A stretch of 17,120 nt of DNA, taken from positions 1 through 17,120 of the forward strand of contig JBFIHX010000020.1 of NCBI GenBank assembly GCA_041601615.1. The letters are read 5' to 3'. Positions within the stretch are counted from its first letter, which is position 1. Each line of letters opens with the position of its first letter. Shown here piece by piece: positions 1 through 8,613 of this stretch. Below the pieces are notes generated by a model. The model was not told where the DNA came from, did no database searches, and saw only the letters and a program-made list of their open reading frames with translations. Position numbers and translations under genes: made by a program. The DNA comes from Thermoplasmatota archaeon. GTDB taxonomy: Archaea > Thermoplasmatota > E2 > JACPAO01 > JAHFTW01.

Positions 1-879
1 CTCGCCGTCGTACAGGGTCGGTACGAGGTGGAATCCTTGCCCTTGCGCGTGGAGGTGCCAGACGAGTTGAGCAAGGCGGGGTTCTCGTTCTTGACTTTCT
101 GGGGCGGCGAAGCCGCCGAGGATCTTGTTGCGTACCTGAACTCCCGCATCGAGGACGGCGAGGACGTAGGCCCAGAATCCCCCATTATCGGCTACGAGAA
201 AGGTGCGATGAAGCGCCACGCAAAGAGGAAATTCCTCGACACCAAGCGCATCTGCGAGCTTATGAGAATCGCTCACCGCAGGGCGGGCCTCGCGCTTCCG
301 CCCTACATTTGGCGAAGCTACTTCGATACCCAATTGCTCCTGGCTGAATCCAAGGGCCTTGTCGTGCGCGATTATCGCCAATTCTGGATGGGGCACACCG
401 GAGACATCGAGGCCCAATACACCGTGCGCAAATGCCTGTCCGTGGAGATCCTAGAGGACATGGAGCAACGCTACATGGCAGCAATCAAGCTCCTAGAAAC
501 AAGACGCACCGACGAAGAAGACAATGGGGCCCAGAGCGTCGTACTGGCGTTCCTGGGCGGCATTGGCTGCACCGAAGACGAAATCGCTGCCGTGGACTTT
601 GACAACCCTGATCCAGTGGCCATCAAGAGCCTCGTGGACGCCAAAGTCGCCGCCCTCATCCCCACAGCACCCGAACCCGCGCCAACGGCCGTGGTGGCCC
701 CACAGGGGCCACAGCAGCGCATCGTGGACGCCGACGACGTAGAAACATGGCTAGAACAGGGCTGGACCTGGGAATACAACGCACCCCTGCCACCGGGCAA
801 GGCACTGGTCAACGCCCCAAGCCCTCTCAGCGCCGATGAAACCTGGACGGCCCCGGCCGCCGCATCCGTTCCGGCCTGA
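1..879 (+). CDS. Tyrosine recombinase / site-specific integrase, C-terminal catalytic part (5'-truncated by window edge)
   Basis: Frame 1 is open from base 1 (LAVVQGRYEVESLP...), so the GTG at 28 is probably not the real start. Motifs: ELSKAG (candidate catalytic K), PYIWRSYFDT (H-x-x-R position with Y for H), FWMGH, and GDIEAQY (nucleophile Y). The C-terminal QRIVDADDVETWLEQGW..LPPGKALV tail resembles, from recall, Thermoplasmata-type integrases. Confidence 0.88.
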   Translation, partial: LAVVQGRYEVESLPLRVEVPDELSKAGFSFLTFWGGEAAEDLVAYLNSRIEDGEDVGPESPIIGYEKGAMKRHAKRKFLDTKRICELMRIAHRRAGLALPPYIWRSYFDTQLLLAESKGLVVRDYRQFWMGHTGDIEAQYTVRKCLSVEILEDMEQRYMAAIKLLETRRTDEEDNGAQSVVLAFLGGIGCTEDEIAAVDFDNPDPVAIKSLVDAKVAALIPTAPEPAPTAVVAPQGPQQRIVDADDVETWLEQGWTWEYNAPLPPGKALVNAPSPLSADETWTAPAAASVPA

Positions 880-894
880 GTCGTTGTTGAACCA

Positions 895-1362
895 CTAGCT
901 CGGGAGGCTTCCGGCGCGGATGCGGCTGGCGATGATGCGACCCAACGGGGTCAGGTCGATGACCTGGGCACGGCCCTTCTTGGTGACGCTGATGAGGGGC
1001 GCCAGGTATGCCCCGGTCCCTTCGTCGGGGTTGAGGTAGCGGTACAGCGGAGGCATACTCATCCGGGCCTTTGCCGCGATCTCGGCAAGCGTCGGTGCGG
1101 GGCCCTTCTCAAGCAACGCAGCGGCGGCAAGCAGGAATCGGTGTCCGCCCTTGACGCTCTTCTTGTGCAGGTCCGTGGGGATCTTCCAGGTGTCGGCTTC
1201 GGCTTGGTTCTGGCCGGGCTTTTCTTCGCCCGGGGCAAGGTCGATGAGTGTGCCTTTGCCGTGCTCCATGCGATCAGCCAGGACGCGAAGGAGTGCTGCG
1301 CCATGGCGGCGCGTGGCGGCGTCTGGTACGTCGTCGCAGGCAAGTTCGATGACCAAGTCCAT
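895..1362 (-). CDS. Winged helix-turn-helix DNA-binding protein (start may be 1431)
   Basis: The C-terminal PTLAEIAAKARMSMPPLYRYLN HTH is followed by a wing-like ISVTKKGRAQVIDLTPLGR. Codons are GC3-rich from MDLVIEL (ATG at 1362). It converges on the integrase with a 15-bp gap. Confidence 0.75.
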   Translation of the reverse strand: MDLVIELACDDVPDAATRRHGAALLRVLADRMEHGKGTLIDLAPGEEKPGQNQAEADTWKIPTDLHKKSVKGGHRFLLAAAALLEKGPAPTLAEIAAKARMSMPPLYRYLNPDEGTGAYLAPLISVTKKGRAQVIDLTPLGRIIASRIRAGSLPS

Positions 1363-1479
1363 GCTCAATCCCTTCAAGGGAAATTCGGAGTCAGAGCAGG
1401 CGTAAGTATCCTGGTAGGCGATGTTGACCATGGGGGTTCCATTTCCTAAAAATTAGGGTGCTCTACAAGTGTTTCCTTC

Positions 1480-1519
1480 CCGATTCGCCACGAATCGGCG
1501 TCGAAACGCCGGAGGCGTT
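1480..1519. repeat. Cluster of overlapping short inverted repeats
   Basis: ccgattcg-cca-cgaatcgg (1480-1498), cggcgt-cgaa-acgccg (1496-1511) and aacgcc-gga-ggcgtt (1505-1519), all intergenic. Confidence 0.6.
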
Positions 1520-1708
1520 CTTCTCGGAACCTGCCCAACCGCGCCGAGGCTCAAACAACAAGCAAGCGGAGGTGAAGCTCGTTGCTATGCCTCCTGGCGA
1601 TGGAGCTACAAGACACGGCCATGCCCTGCTGTAACTCAGTCCAATGCCAAAAATAACTCATCGCCACCAGGGGCCGTCGAGCAAACCCCGGCCACGCAAC
1701 AAGCTGGT

Positions 1709-4700
1709 CTAGATTTTGGTTGGGGCATGCAATCGATTTCGATGAACCCTCCACACAACCAGTGGTAGTCCCAACAGAATCAATGCAACTAAGGCGATGC
1801 CCGGCCACGCCCACGGCGTCAAGGATGCCTGTTGCCGAAGGACCTCGGACGGGTCAGTGTGTGCGTTGCCTGGGTCGCTGGTGCCTTTGCCGTCCAGGTT
1901 TAGCAACTCGTCGCCATCGCTGCGGCCGTCTCCATCCGAATCCGGGTTCATGGGATCAAGTCCAAGAGCCTCTTCGACCACGTCACAGACGCCATCTCCG
2001 TCGGAATCCACGGCACCCTTGCACTCGGCAAACCCATCTCGATCCACGGCTGAGCCGGTTGCCACGTCACTTGGGGATTGGATGCTGGCTAGGACCGTGG
2101 CTCGATCCTCGGCTCGCTCTACGCCCACGACCCCGTAATGGTGGATTCCATCGGGGATTGCGCCGGCGTCAAAGACAAACGATTGCTGGCCGGCCTCTAC
2201 GGGTATGGAGCCAACCAGCATGGGTGTGCTGAACCGGAACACCAAGAGCTCCGTGGCTTTCGAGTCGGCAGGCAAGGACACAAACACTGTTGCTTTGCCA
2301 TCGGCAACTGCTACCCGAACTCGATCCGGGCGCACCGCTACTGGCGGCGTGCTTGCAGGATCATTTCCGGCAGGGGTGATTGGCGCAGTGCCGGTGCAAG
2401 CGTCCCCGACGCCGTCCTGGTCCGAGTCAAGCTGATCGGCATCGGGTGTAGCCGGACAATTGTCCAGGGAATCGGGTACGCCATCGGCGTCCTGGTCGCG
2501 GCCCCGTGTCTTGTCTCGCGGCCACGCATCCTCCGCGTCCAGTACGCCGTCGCCGTCATCGTCCGCGTCACAATCATCCGGAACACCGTCCGCGTCGAAG
2601 TCCAGCCGATCATCGCCGCCGGGACACTTGTCCTTGCCATCACCAACGCTGTCCTTGTCCGCGTCCTTCGACTCTGAGGCATCCCTGGGCAACGCATCAT
2701 CGGTGTTCTTGACGCCGTCGCCATCCATGTCCTCATCGCACGCATCCGGCACTCCATCCTTGTCCAAGTCCGCTGCGTCGTTGCCTCCAGGACAAACATC
2801 AGAAGCATTGGGAACCCCATCGCCGTCCAGATCCCCCGGCGTCGAGGCAGCGTTTTGATCACTGCTGCCCGCAGCATCCTCAACGGCCTTGCTGTGTCCG
2901 TCGCCGTCGGCGTCGCTGTCGCAGGCATCGCCCTTGCCATCGCCATCCATGTCCCCTTGCCCGGGGTTCTTGGCGCCGGGGCAATTGTCCACGTCATCAC
3001 GCACTCCATCCTTGTCCGAATCCGGCGCCAGGACCGTAACACTTGCCGAATGCATAGCCCCAGTCAGAAATCCGTCGCTTGGCGCCGCGTGCACGGTCCA
3101 GACACTTCCCGAAACAAGCAACCCCGAGGGCACGGTGGCGCCCGTGTGCGTGGTTCCGGTGCTGCTGGTCCACGCAAACACGCCCTGGACCACGTCGCCA
3201 TCCGGGTCACTCATGCCAAGGAGGATGGCGGTCAGGGATTCATCAGAGCCTGGATTGGTGGGCGAGACCTGGACGCCCGTGGCCGATGGGGCAGCGTTCT
3301 GGATTGTAATGGAATGGGTTGATTCGGTCGTGAGGGCTCCGTCCGTGGCCGTGGCCATGAACGTCCAGGTCTCGCCGCGTTGGGTTTGGCTTGCTGGCAG
3401 CACCTTGCCCTGGACGACCTCATTCGAGGGCCCCGTCCACTGAGCTGTGGTCTGCACGGCGTCCCCGTCTGGGTCCGTGGCCGCGACGGTGGCCGTGACA
3501 GCATCAAGCGTCGTCGCCGTACTGGGCGCCAGGGAGACTTGGAGCACGGGGGCTTGGTTCGTGATCTTGACCTCGAATTCTTCATCGAGCGACTCTTCCC
3601 CGTCGCTAAAGTGAATGGTCAAAATCCAATCGCCCTCATGGGCCTTGGAAGCAGGAAGACTCCAACCCGCGTGCGTGACTCCATTGGGGCCAAGCCATTC
3701 CGCGTTTAGGGTCACCTCGTCGCCGTCGTGATCCGTTGCCTGAATCGTTGCGGTGACCTCCTTGCCCTTGTACTGAAGCATGGGCGACAACGCTAGATTA
3801 CCAAGCACGGGCAGGGAGTTGCTGGCAATGATGGAATTGGGGTAGGTGTACGGGGTGCTCTCGTCGCTCGCGTCGTTGGCGATGACTGAGAACGTCCACG
3901 ATTCGCCCTTGCGAACGTGCGAAGCGTCGAGGGTTCCTTCCATGCAGGGACTCGTGGATTTGACGGATTCGTCGCCACGGGTCCAAGTGAAAATGCAGGA
4001 GAGGGCGTCGCCGTCGTCGTCCACGGCATGGACGCGGGCTTGGATACCCGCATTGCTTTGCCCCGCCACGATTTCTGGGGTGCCTGTGATTCGGGGCGCA
4101 GTGTTGCCGATGATCTTTGTGGCAGTGGCTTGGCCCTCGTCTTGGTCGTCGCTGACTACGACCGTGGCCGTGATTCGGTCGCCGCCTCGGGTCTCGGAAC
4201 TGGGGTAGGTGAATTCGTTGAGCCCCGCCGCGCATGATTCCTCGTAGACCTGGTGCAGGGGGTTCTCGTTGCGCTCCAGTCTCCATGTCAGGGTGCATGC
4301 CAAGTCGTCCGCGTCGGCATCATCCACAGTAAAGCTCGCAAGGGGTTGGGTGCCGGCCTTGGCTTCGCTTGGAGTAAGGGTGAAGTCCGTGATGCGGGGG
4401 GCGGTGTTCAGGATGGTCGTCGAAGCTTGTTGCGTCGTCTCGGCTTCGCCGTCCGTGACGGTGAATTCCAGGCTCCAAGTCTCGCCTCGTTTCGTGGCCT
4501 CTGCCGGCACACTTGGCTCTAGGCCGGAACACGGCCCCGTAACAGGGTCTCCATATGCGGCGCCGTTACGCGTCCACGCGGCCGTGCAGGTCAAGGCGTC
4601 GCCTTCAGGGTCTACGACCTCGAACGCGGCCTGGAGGGCTTGAGAAGTGTCCACGGCGGGAAGACTGAGGCCCGCGAGGACTGGTGCGGCGTTTTGGATG

Positions 4701-7693
4701 CTGATTGTGTTGCTCGTGGCTTGCGTGGTGGCTCCATCCGCGTGCGCCTCGATGATGAGCATCCACTCTTGGCCACGTTCCACCACTTCGCCCCCGAGGA
4801 CGGGCGTGCAGGAGGAGCCGGTGGCGTGGCTCTCGTCGTTGAGCATCCATTCGTATGTGCAGGAAACGGCGTCGCCGTCAGGATCCAAGGCAACCACTTG
4901 AGCGACCAAGTCCTCGCCGGTTCTTGCCGAGGGCAGGAAGGCGGTGATGGTGGGCGCGGAGTCTTGGATGATGGTGGTGGCTTCGTTGCTGCCCACGGCC
5001 GTGTTGCTGCCCACGGCCGTACTCGCGTCGTGTGCGTAGGCCCAGGCCCGGACTTCGTAGCCCTTCTGCAATTGATCAGGAGGCAATTCTGCTTCGTTAC
5101 AGTCCTGGGGTCCGATGATCCAGGATTCAACGTACCAATACAACATACAATCCGTGATGTCGTCGCCGTCAGGATCCATGACATCCACGGTGGCGGTCAA
5201 TGAATCGGTGCCTCGTGGCTCGGTAGGCTGTAGGGTGATTTCGAGGACGGGTGCGGCATTGCCGATGGTGACGAGGCGCGAGGTGGTCGTGGTGCCCCCC
5301 TGACCGTCGGTAGCTGTCGCAGCAACGCTCCACGATTCGCCTTTCATGGTCTGGGCTGCGGGCAGCGTTGCTCCTGTGACTTTGCGTGAGTCGCTTAGCC
5401 GCGTCCACTCGTAGCTGAAGCTTACTGAGTCGCCGTCCACGTCGCTTCCAGTGGCAATCGCCGTGAGGTTCTCTGTAGACAACGGAGCACTTGGCTCTAC
5501 GTTGAGCGCGTCGATTTGGGGTGCTGCGTTCGCGATGGTGACCGGGCCCACGGATTGGATGGATTCCGCATGGCCGTCCGAAGCGGTCACCGTGAGGCTC
5601 CAATCGTCACCACGCACAAGGATCTGTTTCAGTACAGTGTCCGTGGATTGATCCGGTTGGGCATCCCCATTGCGGCTCCAAGCGTAGGTAATGGTCAAGG
5701 GTTCGCCGTCAGGATCGCTTGCCTGGACCGCTGCCAATAGATCTTCTGCGGCCGTTGGGGCACTAGGAAGTGTCAGGGCCTCGATGACGGGGGCTTGGTT
5801 GGGAATCTGAATCGAGGTGCTTGTACCGACGCCGTTTTCGTATCCGTCGAAGGGCGTCACCGTAACAGTCCAGGAATCGGCAGGACCGACCATGTTGCCG
5901 GGAATCACGGCTCCAGAGTGCGTGCCTGGTTCGCCATTTCGGCTCCAAGAGTAAGAATATGTGACTTGATCACCATCTGTATCGCTCGACGTGACTAGGG
6001 CTTCCAGGTCATCACCAGGGCCGGCATCGACGGGTGAAATGGTGAGGCTCGTTATCTCTGGTGGGTTGTTGGGTACAACAACGGTCGCGGTGGCGGGGGC
6101 ACCGGTTCCGTCGCGATCACTGGCGGTGATGGCAAAGCGCCACTCATCGTGGGGTTGCAGCTGCGAGCCAGGAACGCTTGGCCCAGTAAGGTCGGTTCGC
6201 AGCACGCCATTTTGGTGCCACTGTAGGGAGAGCGTTACGAGGTCGCCGTCAGGCTCGTCAATGGTAAAACTGGCATCCAAGCCCTGACCAAGGACGGGCG
6301 GGTCTGGGAGTACCTGGAGGTCTTGGATGCTCGGAGTGCTCCCGGGCGGACGGGCGATTACGTTGAGGGTTGTGGTGGTGGCATGGTTGAGGCCGACCTC
6401 ATCGTACACTTGCAACTTCGCTGAGTACGTTCCGGGAGTTTGGTAGGTGTGTTCGACGATCGAGCCTGTGTTCGTCGAGCCGTCTCCAAATGTCCATAAG
6501 TACCGGGTGACCGGGAATCCGAATTCTTGGCTCGGTTGGCTGCCGGATGCATCGAACGTGACCGGGTTGCCGGCAATGATGGAACCCGGCATGGGCGCAA
6601 TATGGGGTTCGGGGAGACGCTCGGGGTGATATGGTGTTGTTGCCCACCGTTGCGGAATGGCACCACACGTATCTGGGGGCTCACCATTAAAGAAGAGTCT
6701 TGGATCAGGTGGATCCATGCCCCAATAATTATCATCATTGCTCCCTGCTAAGGTTGATAAATATTCTCTGCCATTTGGATTGTATATGTCAAAAATATCA
6801 TTGTAATGGGCTTTAGCATTTGGCTGAGCGGGGCAATTCTCATATGATGAAATGATGCCAGATTTGCACCCGACGATAGTATTATGATATATATTTTTCA
6901 CGTTATCGCTTGAAAACTGTAAATCTATTCCAATGCCAGCGGTAGGTTCCGTCCTCCCCACACAATTTGTAATAGTATTATTTTGAAATGAGTTGACCGT
7001 ACCATGGGGGCGAAATTCCTGGAAATTGATGAAAATATTATCCTCTATGAACGTATTCTCTGTACTTGATCCCAAAAAATATGTATTGTAGAAAAAATTA
7101 TTCTTTACTTCGAACCAATGGGCATTAGCCATGGTGCCAAAGCCATGGAAATCACGAACATTGGAGTTCTTCATGACTAGCGAGGCCCCCGTCCGTACGA
7201 CCAGCCCATATGCTGTATGTTGGGAATCGTTGGCTCGAAGCGTTGAGTTTTCGACAAAGAGCCTACCACCAACGGGTGAACCTGGGACCAAGGGCCCCAT
7301 GGAGTAGGGTCCAATTACGTCAATTCCAAATTCCTCGATCCCACATACGCCACCGCATGAATCAGTAGTGGAGTTTATAATAATCTCGGATCCACCATAT
7401 AATTGAAGTTCTGCACCCGTATTAATAAAAAGGCTGCGCAGAACAGCTTTTATGCCCCGACATTGAATGACTTCCCCTTCGAGAATCGTCCAATTCTGGT
7501 TCTTTCCCGGAGGGACACACGGTGTGTTGGGCTCCTTGGGCTCCGGAGCCAAAATTTGGCTGGTCTGGCACTCGGGCATGCTTACACCGCAAACTGGCTG
7601 ATCGGTTGCTGCCTGGGCCGTTTGTACAATCGGCCCGATACTGGCACAAATCAAGAATGTGAAGACGGTAATGACTCGTATTTGTCGGGACAT
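1709..7693 (-). CDS. Giant membrane-anchored cell-surface protein / adhesin-like: signal peptide, right-handed beta-helix, PKD, 12 Ig-like repeats, TSP3 Ca-binding repeats, C-terminal TM
   Basis: 1994-aa ORF with an N-terminal hydrophobic signal ending AQA-A. It has beta-helix-type repeats (IEDNIFIN, FQNNTITNC, IYHNTIVGC), a PKD signature (VTFDASGS...YLWTFGDG...HTYQTPGTYSAKLQV), 12 repeats of N-x-x-P...D-x-D-G-D...W, and TSP3 motifs (DSDKDGVRDDVDNCP, DGDGKGDACD). The C-terminal TM GIALVALILLGLPLVVW is followed by a basic tail. Confidence 0.93.
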   Translation of the reverse strand: MSRQIRVITVFTFLICASIGPIVQTAQAATDQPVCGVSMPECQTSQILAPEPKEPNTPCVPPGKNQNWTILEGEVIQCRGIKAVLRSLFINTGAELQLYGGSEIIINSTTDSCGGVCGIEEFGIDVIGPYSMGPLVPGSPVGGRLFVENSTLRANDSQHTAYGLVVRTGASLVMKNSNVRDFHGFGTMANAHWFEVKNNFFYNTYFLGSSTENTFIEDNIFINFQEFRPHGTVNSFQNNTITNCVGRTEPTAGIGIDLQFSSDNVKNIYHNTIVGCKSGIISSYENCPAQPNAKAHYNDIFDIYNPNGREYLSTLAGSNDDNYWGMDPPDPRLFFNGEPPDTCGAIPQRWATTPYHPERLPEPHIAPMPGSIIAGNPVTFDASGSQPSQEFGFPVTRYLWTFGDGSTNTGSIVEHTYQTPGTYSAKLQVYDEVGLNHATTTTLNVIARPPGSTPSIQDLQVLPDPPVLGQGLDASFTIDEPDGDLVTLSLQWHQNGVLRTDLTGPSVPGSQLQPHDEWRFAITASDRDGTGAPATATVVVPNNPPEITSLTISPVDAGPGDDLEALVTSSDTDGDQVTYSYSWSRNGEPGTHSGAVIPGNMVGPADSWTVTVTPFDGYENGVGTSTSIQIPNQAPVIEALTLPSAPTAAEDLLAAVQASDPDGEPLTITYAWSRNGDAQPDQSTDTVLKQILVRGDDWSLTVTASDGHAESIQSVGPVTIANAAPQIDALNVEPSAPLSTENLTAIATGSDVDGDSVSFSYEWTRLSDSRKVTGATLPAAQTMKGESWSVAATATDGQGGTTTTSRLVTIGNAAPVLEITLQPTEPRGTDSLTATVDVMDPDGDDITDCMLYWYVESWIIGPQDCNEAELPPDQLQKGYEVRAWAYAHDASTAVGSNTAVGSNEATTIIQDSAPTITAFLPSARTGEDLVAQVVALDPDGDAVSCTYEWMLNDESHATGSSCTPVLGGEVVERGQEWMLIIEAHADGATTQATSNTISIQNAAPVLAGLSLPAVDTSQALQAAFEVVDPEGDALTCTAAWTRNGAAYGDPVTGPCSGLEPSVPAEATKRGETWSLEFTVTDGEAETTQQASTTILNTAPRITDFTLTPSEAKAGTQPLASFTVDDADADDLACTLTWRLERNENPLHQVYEESCAAGLNEFTYPSSETRGGDRITATVVVSDDQDEGQATATKIIGNTAPRITGTPEIVAGQSNAGIQARVHAVDDDGDALSCIFTWTRGDESVKSTSPCMEGTLDASHVRKGESWTFSVIANDASDESTPYTYPNSIIASNSLPVLGNLALSPMLQYKGKEVTATIQATDHDGDEVTLNAEWLGPNGVTHAGWSLPASKAHEGDWILTIHFSDGEESLDEEFEVKITNQAPVLQVSLAPSTATTLDAVTATVAATDPDGDAVQTTAQWTGPSNEVVQGKVLPASQTQRGETWTFMATATDGALTTESTHSITIQNAAPSATGVQVSPTNPGSDESLTAILLGMSDPDGDVVQGVFAWTSSTGTTHTGATVPSGLLVSGSVWTVHAAPSDGFLTGAMHSASVTVLAPDSDKDGVRDDVDNCPGAKNPGQGDMDGDGKGDACDSDADGDGHSKAVEDAAGSSDQNAASTPGDLDGDGVPNASDVCPGGNDAADLDKDGVPDACDEDMDGDGVKNTDDALPRDASESKDADKDSVGDGKDKCPGGDDRLDFDADGVPDDCDADDDGDGVLDAEDAWPRDKTRGRDQDADGVPDSLDNCPATPDADQLDSDQDGVGDACTGTAPITPAGNDPASTPPVAVRPDRVRVAVADGKATVFVSLPADSKATELLVFRFSTPMLVGSIPVEAGQQSFVFDAGAIPDGIHHYGVVGVERAEDRATVLASIQSPSDVATGSAVDRDGFAECKGAVDSDGDGVCDVVEEALGLDPMNPDSDGDGRSDGDELLNLDGKGTSDPGNAHTDPSEVLRQQASLTPWAWPGIALVALILLGLPLVVWRVHRNRLHAPTKI
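2392..3025 (-). repeat. Thrombospondin type-3 (DxDxDGxxDxxDxC) calcium-binding repeat block
   Basis: About a dozen DxDxDG motifs with interspersed DNCP, DAC, DVCP and DKCP. A shorter DSDGDG block also occurs at ~1880-2010. Confidence 0.9.
3030..6340 (-). repeat. Twelve tandem ~90-aa Ig/cadherin-like repeats
   Basis: Units begin STPS, NNPP, NQAP, NAAP, NAAP, DSAP, NAAP, NTAP, NTAP, NSLP, NQAP and NAAP. Each contains a D-x-D-G-D-like acidic turn followed by a conserved W, and most have a G-E/D-x-W-like motif. Confidence 0.85.
4985..5020. repeat. Perfect 18-bp tandem duplication (in-frame, TAVGSN x2)
   Basis: gttgctgcccacggccgt at 4985-5002 and 5003-5020. Confidence 0.95.
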
Positions 7694-7721
7694 GGGGGCT
7701 GCTCGCTGCGATAGAAAGGGG

Positions 7722-7728
7722 AATAAGG
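7722..7728 (-). promoter_or_regulatory. Putative archaeal TATA-like box for the giant surface protein gene
   Basis: CCTTATT on the - strand lies 28 nt upstream of the ATG at 7693. A similar CCTTATC sits at a similar distance from the FN3 gene start. Confidence 0.35.
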
Positions 7729-7776
7729 AGGAAAACAGGACCGAACGTTGATTTGCCTATGTTACGCTTTTGATGG

Positions 7777-8604
7777 CTATCGAGCGCCGGCCGCGATGAC
7801 CTGTCCCAGATACGGAATTGACCTGGATCCCGAGTGCAGATGTTCTCCATCCAATCCATAGGCGCTCCAGGCTATTTCCAGACTGGTTTCGTCGGGGTTC
7901 TCTCTGAACCACTCCACCTCAGCGGTGCTTTGAGGATTGACGGGGAACCAGGCGTCAGCTTCGCCAATGTCTGGTCCTTGGTAGAGTCGATCCGCAACGA
8001 AGTTCGCGTGGATTGCAAGCTCGATGCGGACAACTCGCCCGTCATGTCCAGGAAGCGTTCCAAACTCGCCCTGGGTCACATTTTGCGTTGACCCTCCTTT
8101 TTCAAAGGGGAGGATCTCGATGCGACCCGTGTCGATTAAGACGCCGCTAAGTGCATCCGCTGGGGCGCAGACGGGTGGCGGATCGTTGGCGTCCCGGATT
8201 TCCATGCGTACGCAGTACGTCGATTCGCTTGCGTAGTATCCTTCCAGGGCGATGTAGTTCAGGTCTGTAAAGAACAGGGGCCCGAAGCTTTCGATTTCTT
8301 CCGGGGGCAGGGGCACGGGGCTTGTCGGAACTGCGTTTGCCTGCTGCTCGACTTGCAGGGCCGTCATTTGGCACTGCGAGTTCTCGCAGTTCACGGCTGA
8401 TCCAAACGCTTGGTTTTGGTAGTCGAGGCTGTTGCATTCTCCAAGCGTCCCCGAGCCTAGTCCAATCGCTAGACGTATGAGAGGGGCCCCACAAGAGAGC
8501 CGCTCGGCATAATCGTCTACGATGTCACCATCATGGTGCGCCTGAACCATAGCGGGTGCAAGGAGCACCCCTAGGATGCACGCAATAGTTACATTTTTGG
8601 TCAT
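7777..8604 (-). CDS. Secreted Cys-containing hypothetical protein
   Basis: 275 aa with signal peptide MTKNVTIACILGVLLAPAMVQA and several Cys. The GAGGTG RBS overlaps the upstream gene's TGA stop, 9-bp gap. No family recognised. Confidence 0.8.
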   Translation of the reverse strand: MTKNVTIACILGVLLAPAMVQAHHDGDIVDDYAERLSCGAPLIRLAIGLGSGTLGECNSLDYQNQAFGSAVNCENSQCQMTALQVEQQANAVPTSPVPLPPEEIESFGPLFFTDLNYIALEGYYASESTYCVRMEIRDANDPPPVCAPADALSGVLIDTGRIEILPFEKGGSTQNVTQGEFGTLPGHDGRVVRIELAIHANFVADRLYQGPDIGEADAWFPVNPQSTAEVEWFRENPDETSLEIAWSAYGLDGEHLHSGSRSIPYLGQVIAAGAR

Positions 8605-8613
8605 GCGGACACC

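Noticed and set aside
880-1708. tRNA or att site next to the integrase
   Set aside because: No tRNA-like T-loop or acceptor pattern and no long direct repeat were found by eye. The site may lie outside the window.
6690-7440. Diversity-generating retroelement target
   Set aside because: No template/variable repeat pair differing at adenines and no reverse transcriptase were seen in the window.
1720-7859. Many antisense or alternate-frame ORFs within the giant gene
   Set aside because: These are shadow ORFs expected from GC-rich, repeat-rich coding sequence.
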